Below, in pieces: positions 8,277 to 16,297 of a stretch of 64,000 bases of DNA (positions within the stretch are counted from its first letter, which is position 1; the number at the start of each line of letters is the position of its first letter). Source of the DNA: Chloroflexota bacterium (GTDB lineage Bacteria; Chloroflexota; UBA6077; SHYK01); assembly GCA_009377635.1 (NCBI GenBank), contig WHTR01000004.1:1682-65681 (forward strand). Reading direction: 5' to 3'. The translations under genes were made by a program, and so were the position numbers. Under the pieces are notes generated by a model that was not told where the DNA came from, made no database searches, and saw only the letters and a program-made list of their open reading frames with translations.

Positions 8277-9257
8277 ATGGCGCTCACCCAAGAGAGTCTC
8301 ATGGACGTGCCCGGAGTACGGAGCGGCTGGGTGCAGCTTCGCAGCGGGGCACAAGCGCACTATTCGGCCTCCGGCGATTCAGGGCCAGCGCTTGTTCTGC
8401 TGCACGGCGGAATCCCCGGCTCTTCTGGCATGGCCGGCTGGCGGTTCATGCTGCCCTTCCTGGGCGAGCGCGGCTTTCGGGTCTTTGCGCCCGACCGACC
8501 CGGTTTCGGCCTGGCCGACACGCGCCCCGAGCACTGGCCGAGACGCGGATGGATGAGCTGGGTCGAGTTCGTCGAGGAGTTCGCGAACGCCCTGTGCCTC
8601 GACGAGTTCTTTCTGGCCGGCAACTCCAACGGCGCACAGTCCGCTGCCTACTACACCGTGAATCACCCGGAACGCGTGCCGCGGCTCGCCCTCATCGCCA
8701 CCGGCGGGTTCAGCAGCAGCCTCGGAATCGACTCGGGCCTGCTCAAGCGCGGCATGCGGATCCCGCCATTCGAGGGGACCAAGGAATCGATGGGCGCGGC
8801 GATGGAGAGCATCATCTATCGCAAAGAGGCGGTCTCCGACCAGCTCCTTGAGATGCGAACGCGCTCTGCGCTGGCGCAGCAAGAATCGTTCGCGGCCGCC
8901 GGAGCATGGAACCGGCGGGCAGCGGAGGATCCGAACCTGAAGCAACTGCTCAATCTCAAGGGGCGGCTCGACGTCCTAACGACCCCCGCGATCTACCTCT
9001 TCGGCAAGCAGGATGTCCTCAATCCAGTGGAAAACGCCTACCTACAGGAGGACGCTCTCCCCAACATCCAGCTCTTCTACCCGGAGGAGTGCGGCCATCA
9101 GGGCCAGACTGATCAGCCGGAGATGTTCAACCAGGTCTTCTTCGAGTTCTTCCACGATGGTCGAGTGAGCCGGAAGACTGCTGATTGGGCAGGGGTCTCT
9201 CGGCGGCGGCCCGAGATCCCGTCGTTGGTGGAGCAGGCGGCCGCGGTGCCGGCCTAG
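8277..9257 (+). CDS. alpha/beta hydrolase (meta-cleavage-product hydrolase-like)
   Basis: ATG at 8277 is preceded by GGGAG. LLHGGIPGSSG, the nucleophile elbow GNSNGA and ECGHQGQ are present. The longer track ORF (7461-) is antisense to the SDR gene. Confidence 0.85.
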   Translation: MALTQESLMDVPGVRSGWVQLRSGAQAHYSASGDSGPALVLLHGGIPGSSGMAGWRFMLPFLGERGFRVFAPDRPGFGLADTRPEHWPRRGWMSWVEFVEEFANALCLDEFFLAGNSNGAQSAAYYTVNHPERVPRLALIATGGFSSSLGIDSGLLKRGMRIPPFEGTKESMGAAMESIIYRKEAVSDQLLEMRTRSALAQQESFAAAGAWNRRAAEDPNLKQLLNLKGRLDVLTTPAIYLFGKQDVLNPVENAYLQEDALPNIQLFYPEECGHQGQTDQPEMFNQVFFEFFHDGRVSRKTADWAGVSRRRPEIPSLVEQAAAVPA

Positions 9258-9353
9258 TACGAGCGGCCGCGCGTGGTCAGCAGAAAGCCTGCCCTGAGGG
9301 TGACCAAGGGGAACCATGGGCTCGGGCCGGGTGGTTCATAGCGGAGGGCACGC

Positions 9354-10718
9354 ATGGGCGCATATCTGCGGCTGTTTGAACGGCGAATCGAAAGAGAACT
9401 GGAGCGCGGCAAGTCCAAGGGGATGCGCGAGCGCCCGGGTTGGGAGGCCGCGCCGAACGGCGGCTATCAGGGGCTCGACCCAGCCAAGGATCGACGCGCG
9501 TTGATCCCGCCCCTCGGCCTCCGCGAGTACTGGTATCCGGCCCTGCCTGACACGAAAGTCGGCCGGAAACCCGTCTTCTGGCTGATGCTCGGCGACGAGC
9601 TCGTCTTCTTCCGCGATAAGCAGGGGCACGTCGTCGCGCTCAGCGACGTCTGTCCTCACCGCGGCGCCAGCCTGTCGGAGGGCGATTGCTTCTACCACGG
9701 GTTCGTCACCTGCCCCTATCACGGCGCCACATACGATGGGGATGGCGAGTGCGTGGCGTTCATCACGGAGGGGCCCGCCTCGAAGATGGTGGGGAACCTT
9801 CGGGCACGCGTGTATCCAACCCGGACATTGCGCGGCTGGGTGTTCGTGTGGATGGGGGAGGGCGACCCGGCGCCGATCGAGGAGGACGTGCCTCCGGAGT
9901 TCTTCGAGTCGGCGAGCCAGACCATGGTCTTCACAACATACAGCTACTGGCACGCCAACTGGATGGTCGCGGTCGAGAACCACAAAGACCCGCACAACAC
10001 ATTCTTTGTCCACCGGAACTCGTGGATCCAGCTCCGGTCGTCCGGTGGCTTTCGGCCGACTCCGCTCGGCCCGCGGCCCAAGGTGGTGAATGGCCGCAGC
10101 CTGGCAGGCGACGAGCGCGGCAACGCGAATTACTACGCTGACGAACGTGGTAAGGGCTCCTATCAGCTCTACTTCCCGGGCGTCGACGGTGTCTGGCCGC
10201 TGCACCGATGGCGCCGGCTCTGGGGGTGGATGTTCCAACTGGCGATCCGCCGCTGGCAGCGCTACCAGACGACGGAAGAGTGGGACATGTGCAATCACCT
10301 CCCCGCCATCGTTCGGTCACGAGTGGGTGGGCATGGAGTGTACACGCGCTGGGCGGTGCCGATAACAGCGAACCTCTCCCGGATCGTCTACATGCATGGC
10401 ATGCGCCCAAAGACGGCCCTTGGTCGCCTCTGGGAGCGGATCGCCTGGGTGACTTACTACAACTGGATGGTCGACTACAACTTCTCCGGCCAGGACAATG
10501 CTGCGGCCGCTCCGGTCCGTTACTGGACCACGGAGCACCTCTCTTCGACCGACTCATTTCTCGTGTTCTGGCGCAAGCTTGTGGCTGACGGATCGAGGGA
10601 TGCGCTTCGGCGCAAGGCAAGGTCCGACCGGCATGCGCCCGGCGATGAGACGCCAGCGGAGGAGGCGTCCTACGAGCACCAGCGTGAGATCGGAATGACC
10701 GTTGGCGCGAGGCAATAG
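9354..10718 (+). CDS. Rieske (2Fe-2S) non-heme iron oxygenase (alpha-only, KshA/PAO-like)
   Basis: CPHRGASL...CPYHGATY Rieske motif and the ENHKDPHNTFFVH mononuclear-iron motif. Confidence 0.85.
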   Translation: MGAYLRLFERRIERELERGKSKGMRERPGWEAAPNGGYQGLDPAKDRRALIPPLGLREYWYPALPDTKVGRKPVFWLMLGDELVFFRDKQGHVVALSDVCPHRGASLSEGDCFYHGFVTCPYHGATYDGDGECVAFITEGPASKMVGNLRARVYPTRTLRGWVFVWMGEGDPAPIEEDVPPEFFESASQTMVFTTYSYWHANWMVAVENHKDPHNTFFVHRNSWIQLRSSGGFRPTPLGPRPKVVNGRSLAGDERGNANYYADERGKGSYQLYFPGVDGVWPLHRWRRLWGWMFQLAIRRWQRYQTTEEWDMCNHLPAIVRSRVGGHGVYTRWAVPITANLSRIVYMHGMRPKTALGRLWERIAWVTYYNWMVDYNFSGQDNAAAAPVRYWTTEHLSSTDSFLVFWRKLVADGSRDALRRKARSDRHAPGDETPAEEASYEHQREIGMTVGARQ

Positions 10719-10747
10719 GCGGGGTTGCTCGCCGCGGGGCTAAGGCC

Positions 10748-11091
10748 GTGAGCGGTCCACTGGTTCAGTGCACAGTCGCCATCACCGTGCTACTCGCGCT
10801 CGCCGCGTGCGGGCCATCAACGTCGCCGCGCCCGAAAACCGCTGGACGGGGTCCAACCGGGGTGGCTGGTCCGATCCGGAGTACGATCGCCTCTACGATG
10901 CGTTCCAGACGACCCTTGAAAGGGACCGGCGGGCAGACCAGATCGCCAGTATGATGCGGCTCATGACCGACCAACTCCCGGTGCTGCCGGTTCAGTACGG
11001 CTTCACCGTCGTTGCCCACGTGGCGGGCCTGCGCGGCCCGGTCGCCGGCAACGTTGCGAACTGGAACGCGCATCTCTGGGAATGGACGTAG
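10748..11091 (+). pseudogene. remnant of a family-5 ABC substrate-binding lipoprotein (signal peptide plus C-terminal ~90 aa, middle deleted)
   Basis: Frame 2 encodes a lipoprotein signal (VAITVLLALAACGPS). Within ~60 nt the coding signal moves to frame 1: NRGGWSDPEYDRLYDAF...LPVLPVQYGFTVVAHVAGLRGP...WNAHLWEWT. That is the extreme C-terminus of SBP_bac_5 proteins; compare ...NAHLWELG at the end of 57241-58899. Confidence 0.65.
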
Positions 11092-12372
11092 TCAGGACGA
11101 CGGCCGCGGCCGCGCCTTCCCGAACGGCACCTCCATGATCTCGTGCCGCTCGTCGAACACGGTGTCCATCGACTTCACGCGTGGGGATGTTCCCCCGTGG
11201 ACACTCACCACGTCGGGTGTGCCCTCGACGACCCAACCGGGCAGCTCGATGAGCTGGTTCTTCTCGGGGTCGCGGATCACACCCATCGGCTCGGCGCCGC
11301 GCTGGACGATCTCGATCTGCTCCTTCAGCATCTGACGGAACATCGCGACCCCTCGGTCTGACGCCCCGAGGTGCTCTTTCGTCCGGTCGAAGATCGGTCC
11401 CTGCGTCTCCCAGGCCATCGTGTCCTGCGACGGGAACGTGTCCAAGCTGTATTCGCCGTTCGGGTCTCGATTGACGTCCATGCGCTCATCGATCGACGGC
11501 TGTTCGCCCTCAGGTCGCTCGGCGCCCCATCGCCGCCCTTCTCCCGATCGGGAGAACGTCGCGACGAAGATGCGCGTCTGCACGTCGTCGATGGGCACAC
11601 GCCAGTGAATTGAGTGCGTCGGACCGCTGGTCAGACGCAGCATGTTGGGAAACACCAGCGGGTTGCCGCCTCCTCGCTCCGCGCCGAACCGGCTGCCGTT
11701 GTCCGCATACCGCCAGCTCTTTACGAGGCCGTACTCGAACCGTTGGAAGCCGTACTGCTCGATGGGTCGGTAGTAGTACTCGCCGTCGGTTCGGCCCTTC
11801 ATCCGCATCGTATGGCCGTGGAGGAAATAGGTGTGCGTCACGTCGGCGGTGTTCTCTTCAGCCTGCAGCCAGTTGCAGGAGAGGATCTGCTGTCGCGATA
11901 GTGTGCGTTCCCCATCCTCCCATGCGACAACGTCCCAGCGGGGAAGTAGCGACGCCGGCTTGGGACCCATAAAGGCGAACAGGAGTCCGGCGAGCTGCTG
12001 CACCGGGTAGGCTGGATGGCGGATGGAGTGCTTCAGCATGGATTGGCTCGGCTCGAAGGGTTGCTCGAGGCACGTGCCCGTCGCGTCGTACAGCCAGCCG
12101 TGGTACGGGCAGCGCAGGCCGCCGTCTTCGAGGAACCCGTAGTAGAGCGAAGCCCCGCGATGAGAGCACTGCTCGGCCAACAGCCCGTAGCCGCCCTGCT
12201 CGTCCCGGAAGATCACGAGGTCCTCGCCGAGCACGCGGAGGCGCTTCTTCGGCCGATCCTCCGTCAGCTCGCTGGCGATACACACGGGGTGCCAGTAGCG
12301 GCGCAGCAGCTCGCCGCACGGCGTGCCCGGACCAACACGCGTCAACATCTCGTTGTCTTCTTTGGTCAGCAT
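11092..12372 (-). CDS. Rieske (2Fe-2S) oxygenase (phthalate/VanA/LigX-like family)
   Basis: CSHRGASL...CPYHGWLY, then AEENTADVTHTYFLHGH. 426 aa. Confidence 0.85.
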   Translation of the reverse strand: MLTKEDNEMLTRVGPGTPCGELLRRYWHPVCIASELTEDRPKKRLRVLGEDLVIFRDEQGGYGLLAEQCSHRGASLYYGFLEDGGLRCPYHGWLYDATGTCLEQPFEPSQSMLKHSIRHPAYPVQQLAGLLFAFMGPKPASLLPRWDVVAWEDGERTLSRQQILSCNWLQAEENTADVTHTYFLHGHTMRMKGRTDGEYYYRPIEQYGFQRFEYGLVKSWRYADNGSRFGAERGGGNPLVFPNMLRLTSGPTHSIHWRVPIDDVQTRIFVATFSRSGEGRRWGAERPEGEQPSIDERMDVNRDPNGEYSLDTFPSQDTMAWETQGPIFDRTKEHLGASDRGVAMFRQMLKEQIEIVQRGAEPMGVIRDPEKNQLIELPGWVVEGTPDVVSVHGGTSPRVKSMDTVFDERHEIMEVPFGKARPRPSS

Positions 12373-12433
12373 CAGACCCGCCCTCCATTCCCCATCACCC
12401 GCTCGGAAGTCCTGCTCGCGTAAAGGCCTCGGC

Positions 12434-13516
12434 TCAGCTAAACAGCGCTACCGCCTTGCTCGAGTTGAAGATGAAGCTCTCGGAGTACGCCAGGATGTCG
12501 GCCTTTCGACCCTCCATGGCGCCCGCGAGACACACCCAGTTCAGAATCTCGTGTTGCCCCGAGTCCCGTATCTGCTCGGGGTCGAGGTCGCGCCACTGCC
12601 GATGCTTGCCGCTGTTCAGCTCGCGGTAGCGCTTGCGATCCTCGTCGACATCGGGATAGAGGTAGTGGTGTTTCTGCGTCAGCGAGGCGTGGGACCAGCT
12701 CGAGGAACCGACGATGGCAGCCCGCCATGGACTGTCCAGGATGATGCCGGCGACCGCCGCGCCGACGTCGTAGCAGCGCCACGGCGGTGGAGAGGGAGGG
12801 GGCGGAACCGCGACGTTCTCCATCCGCCGGCCGACCACCGAGCCGGCTGGGTTCGCCTCGTTCGGCACGCGAAGGTCCATCCCGTAGCAGTTCACATGGA
12901 AGGGGATGACGGGGTAGCCAAAGCCCTTGCCGTCCCAGTCCAGGTAACGGATCGTGGAGACGAAGGCGTGGCCGAGTTGATCCATATGGTGCAGTCGCCA
13001 GGAGCAGGACATGTCGAACCCGCGCGTAATGAGCCCCCGCGTGATGTGATTGCCGGCCGTCTGGTGACCCGTGATGTGTATCGGGTCTTCGCCGCCCACG
13101 GGCCCAGTACCTCGCGAGCTGCTTGCGCCATCAGCGCTGCGAGCCCCGGGGCCCCGCGGCTTGCACTCCACCTCGTCCAGCGCGTACACACAGAACGGTG
13201 GGATCACGTCCTCGTGGAAGTTCTCGTACTGGTCGTCGCCGAAGACCAGCACGAAGTCGGGCTTGAATGCGTCGAGCGCCTCTCGAGCCGCCCGGAACCC
13301 CGCGACGAGATCGGCGCGATGCTTTCGGGCAGCGGCCACACCCTCGTCGTCGCCCCACTCTGCGCGCATCTCAACCGGCCAATTCTTCGGGTCCTTCCAA
13401 TCGGGCGGCGTCAGCTCGCTCGCCAGGTTCCTGCGGAAATAGATATCCGCCATACGCTCGTCCGGGAGCGCCAGATGGGGCCCATGGGTACACCCGATTC
13501 CGAGAATCTCGCCCAT
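12434..13516 (-). CDS. class III (LigB-type) extradiol ring-cleavage dioxygenase
   Basis: GIGCTHGPH, FVLVFGDDQYENF and HVNCYG are typical of the LigB/gallate/protocatechuate-4,5-dioxygenase superfamily. Confidence 0.75.
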   Translation of the reverse strand: MGEILGIGCTHGPHLALPDERMADIYFRRNLASELTPPDWKDPKNWPVEMRAEWGDDEGVAAARKHRADLVAGFRAAREALDAFKPDFVLVFGDDQYENFHEDVIPPFCVYALDEVECKPRGPGARSADGASSSRGTGPVGGEDPIHITGHQTAGNHITRGLITRGFDMSCSWRLHHMDQLGHAFVSTIRYLDWDGKGFGYPVIPFHVNCYGMDLRVPNEANPAGSVVGRRMENVAVPPPPSPPPWRCYDVGAAVAGIILDSPWRAAIVGSSSWSHASLTQKHHYLYPDVDEDRKRYRELNSGKHRQWRDLDPEQIRDSGQHEILNWVCLAGAMEGRKADILAYSESFIFNSSKAVALFS

Positions 13517-14058
13517 CGCATCTCACCCCTGCGTGCGCGCCCGGTGGCGTCGACGACCGTGAAACCGGCCGTTTCGCCCTTCGTTGACGGGCCGCGCGTC
13601 AGACCTATTCTACGCCCGCTGTGGTATCCTCGCGCGTCATGACGTGTGGAGGGTAGAACCATTGTAACCCCCGCCGAACCCGCGCTCCATAATAGAAGGA
13701 AATCCGGCGACTGACTGCGGTGTGGAACGTCTGACCAACAACGCAAGACGGTATCTGACCTGCACTTCCTGCCCGAGCAGCGGCCGCCCCTCTTCGGACG
13801 CCCTGCACGGTGCTGGAGCACGAGAATTGCCCTACAATCGGCAAGGATTAAGCGCACCTGGGCCTTCCGGGGTGCTGTAACGAGGGGGGGTGGGGGCGCG
13901 CTGGGTGGCGCAGACCAGGAGACTGAGCCGCGACAGTTGACGATCGCACCGCGAGGCCTGGAGACGTCCCGCGTGCATGCTCAGTACCGTGGCATTCTGT
14001 CGGGCCTTCCCGTGCTCGCCGGGCACGGAAGTGGTTTCCGTCGGGAAAGGAGGACATT

Positions 14059-15267
14059 ATGCCCCTGGCCATCGGGTCCATTCCGCGGCGGCTGTGCGAC
14101 ATCGCGCAGACTCTGCAATCAGGTGAGGACGCTGAGGAACGGATTGCGCAGTTCCTGCGCCAGCTCAAGGGGATCGTCCGCCATGACACGTGCGCCATTC
14201 TCTATGGATGGCCGGGTGAGAGGCTGACATTCGTGTCCATACCGTCGAACGTCGAGAAACCGACGGTAGAAATCACGCTTCGGCGTCTCCGGGACGATCT
14301 CCTGGATGCCTCGAGACGGCGGCCAGGCTCTGTCGAGCCGACCGGCGCGCTGCCCTGGCCATCGTACCTTGTCGCGCCGCTGATGGCGCAGGACGAAGCG
14401 ATCGGGATACTCGCCGTCGGCCGATCGACTGCGGATACCTTCGGCGAAGAGGATCTCAGTCTGCTCTCGGTCGTTGCAGCCCATCTCGCGTCGTACCTGT
14501 CCACACTTCACGGCCGTGCTCAGCTTCTCAAGACGGGTCGAGCCCGGGACGACGCTCTCGCAGAGCTGCGGAGAGTCCAGGACGAGCGCGAGAAGCTCCT
14601 CTCCGCGATCGTTCACGACCTGAAGAACCCGCTCACCGCCATCCAGATGTACACGGAATTCCTGGAGCTCGGTGATCGTCACGTGTCCGCGTCGGGTGAG
14701 CCTCAGCTCAGCAGCACGGTCGCCAAGATAAGGACGGCCGTTGCGAGAATGCGCGAACAGCTGGACCACGTTCTCGACTCAGCGCTTCATGACCTCCACC
14801 AACCCCTGCACCTCCGTCTCGAACCGACGGACCTCGTCGCCCTGGTCAGAGACCTGGTGGGCGCACATCCGCGCGTCGTAATCGAGACCGAAAAGCCCCG
14901 CCTGCTCGGCCGCTGCGACTGCGGGCAACTTCGCCGAGCTGTGGAGAACTTGATCACAAACGCGCTCACCTATAGCCCGGAGGACCGGCCGGTTCGCGTA
15001 GTCCTGAGCGTTGACACGAGTACGGACGGCGGGACGGCCGTGCTCGAGGTTCACGACCGGGGGGTGGGGATCCCTGCGGGCGACCTCCCCCGCATCTTTA
15101 CCCATTTCTACCGCGGTCAGAACGTGGAGGGACGATTTCCGGGGTCGGGGATCGGCCTCGCCAGCGTTCAGCAGATCATCCAGCAGCACGGTGGAACCGT
15201 TGAGGCCAGCAGTGTCGAGGGTGAGGGCTCCGTCTTCTCCATTCGACTCCCGCTTGGCGCCTCGTAG
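14059..15267 (+). CDS. cytoplasmic GAF-domain sensor histidine kinase
   Basis: GAAAGGAGG RBS. GAF-like N-terminus (LVAPLMAQDEAIGILAVGR), H-box SAIVHDLKNPLTAI, N box NLITNALTYSP and G boxes DRGVGIP / GSGIGLA. Confidence 0.9.
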   Translation: MPLAIGSIPRRLCDIAQTLQSGEDAEERIAQFLRQLKGIVRHDTCAILYGWPGERLTFVSIPSNVEKPTVEITLRRLRDDLLDASRRRPGSVEPTGALPWPSYLVAPLMAQDEAIGILAVGRSTADTFGEEDLSLLSVVAAHLASYLSTLHGRAQLLKTGRARDDALAELRRVQDEREKLLSAIVHDLKNPLTAIQMYTEFLELGDRHVSASGEPQLSSTVAKIRTAVARMREQLDHVLDSALHDLHQPLHLRLEPTDLVALVRDLVGAHPRVVIETEKPRLLGRCDCGQLRRAVENLITNALTYSPEDRPVRVVLSVDTSTDGGTAVLEVHDRGVGIPAGDLPRIFTHFYRGQNVEGRFPGSGIGLASVQQIIQQHGGTVEASSVEGEGSVFSIRLPLGAS

Positions 15268-15341
15268 CGACGCGGCCAGCTGGGGTCGCCTCCTGACATC
15301 TGGCCTCTTGTCAGGTGTGCAGTGACGGACGCTGCCAACAG

Positions 15342-15377
15342 GTCATTCTGAGCCGCCTGAGACGGCGGAAGGATCCT
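15342..15377. repeat. REP-like imperfect palindromic unit (GTCAYYCTGA family)
   Basis: GTCATTCTGAGCCGCCTGAGACGGCGGAAGGATCC. It shares the GTCAYYCTGA terminus and the CCGCCTGAG core with the copies at 15778, 37587 and 45465. Confidence 0.6.
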
Positions 15378-15390
15378 TCTGCCTCCCACG

Positions 15391-15422
15391 AAAAAAAAGG
15401 TCGTGGCCCTAAAGGGCCGACC
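15391..15422 (-). terminator. rho-independent terminator (minus-strand orientation)
   Basis: The minus strand reads GGTCGGCCC-TTTA-GGGCCACGACC followed by T8. The plus strand has only TT after the stem, so the terminator is oriented for a leftward transcript. Confidence 0.7.
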
Positions 15423-15672
15423 TTGAGACCGGCAGGCGCGAATTCGTTCCCCGTAGCGGCCTGCAGGACTCGACCCCTGACAGTGCGGCGAGTTCCGTTG
15501 CCGCCTCAATGCGTCGTTTACCCGGGCGCGACCCTTGCTTACCTCTCGGTCGTCTTCCATGCCGGATCCTTAGCTGTGTGGTGACATCGCCCCGCGACGT
15601 TCGGGCGCTGATCTGGCCCCGCGGCGTAGCTGGCGTCGACCGCGGAGGCGACCGCCGGAGGAACTGGTGCAG

Positions 15673-16271
15673 ATGCTCACGCCAGCAGACGTCACCCGGA
15701 TCCTGAACCCGGTGGAGCTCGAGCTTTTCCTCAAGGTGCTGATCGCCGGGGTGCTAGAACCCCGGCCGCAAAGCCCCGTCATCCTGAGGAGCGCAGCAAC
15801 GAAGGATCTCTCGTGACCGCCAACTTACGCTTAAGGGGAGATCCTTCGCTTCGCTCAGGATGACAGAAGGCGTTTTCGGCCGCACCGCTAGGTTACCTTG
15901 TCGGGATCGAGCGCGAGCTGGCCGGGCGAGAGGCGGGGGATCGCACCTTCAGCCTGGTCACGATGGGCACTGCACTCTTCACGGGCGTGTCCATGGTAGT
16001 GTTCGGCCAGGTAGACCCTGATCCGGCGACGCGCGTCATCGCGAACATCCTCACGGGTGTCGGGTTCCTCGGTGCCGGCATGATCGTCCGCGGAGCCGGC
16101 GGCGTCCGTGGCCTCACGACCGCGGCCGGGATCTGGGTCATGGCCGCTGTCGGTATGGCGGTCGGCCTGGGGCTTTATCTGGTCGCTGGCCTGACGTCGG
16201 TCGTGGTCTTCGTCGTGTTCCGCAGTAAGCAGATTCTCGACGTGCGGAGGATGCGCGAGCCCAGCTCGTAG
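15673..16271 (+). pseudogene. mgtC: MgtC/SapB-family membrane protein gene interrupted by a 129-bp insertion
   Basis: The 5' part (ATG 15673, MLTPADVTRILNPVELELFLKVLIAGVL) and the 3' part (GYLVGIERELAGREAGDRTFSLVTMGTALF... to 16271) are in different frames. Deleting 15758-15891 (134 nt) joins them in frame into a ~154-aa MgtC-like protein with the GIERE...RT motif. Confidence 0.75.
15758..15886. mobile_element. MITE-like palindromic insertion flanked by a 5-bp GCTAG target-site duplication
   Basis: GCTAG occurs at 15753-15757 and 15887-15891. Inverted arms: CGGCCGCAAAGCCCC-GTCATCCTGAGGAGCGCAGCAACGAAGGATCTC (left) against GAGATCCTTCGCTTCGCTCAGGATGAC-AGAAGGCGTTTTCGGCCG (right). No coding capacity. 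Confidence 0.7.
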
Positions 16272-16297
16272 CGAGCGCGCGGAAGGAGGAAGAGCCC

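Noticed and set aside
15455-15480. tRNA/tmRNA-like T-arm (minus strand CAGGGGTCGAGTCCTGC, resembling GGTTCGAGTCC).
   Set aside because: The T-loop lacks the conserved T54. The stem pairs poorly. There is no acceptor stem or CCA-compatible 3' end, and no D or anticodon arms could be drawn.
15342-15585. A possible 244-bp MITE bounded by GTCATTCTGAG (15342) and an inverted GGATCC...GGTGAC (15563-15585), enclosing the terminator and the candidate sRNA.
   Set aside because: The right end is too degenerate (GTCACCACACAGC against GTCATTCTGAGCC) and no target-site duplication is visible. I kept it only as a remark inside the sRNA finding.
15600-15816. Short ORF ending in ...SPVILRSAATKDLS*, which could be called a hypothetical protein.
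   Set aside because: Its 3' end is simply the translated left arm of the palindromic insertion. The 5' 28 codons belong to the interrupted mgtC gene.
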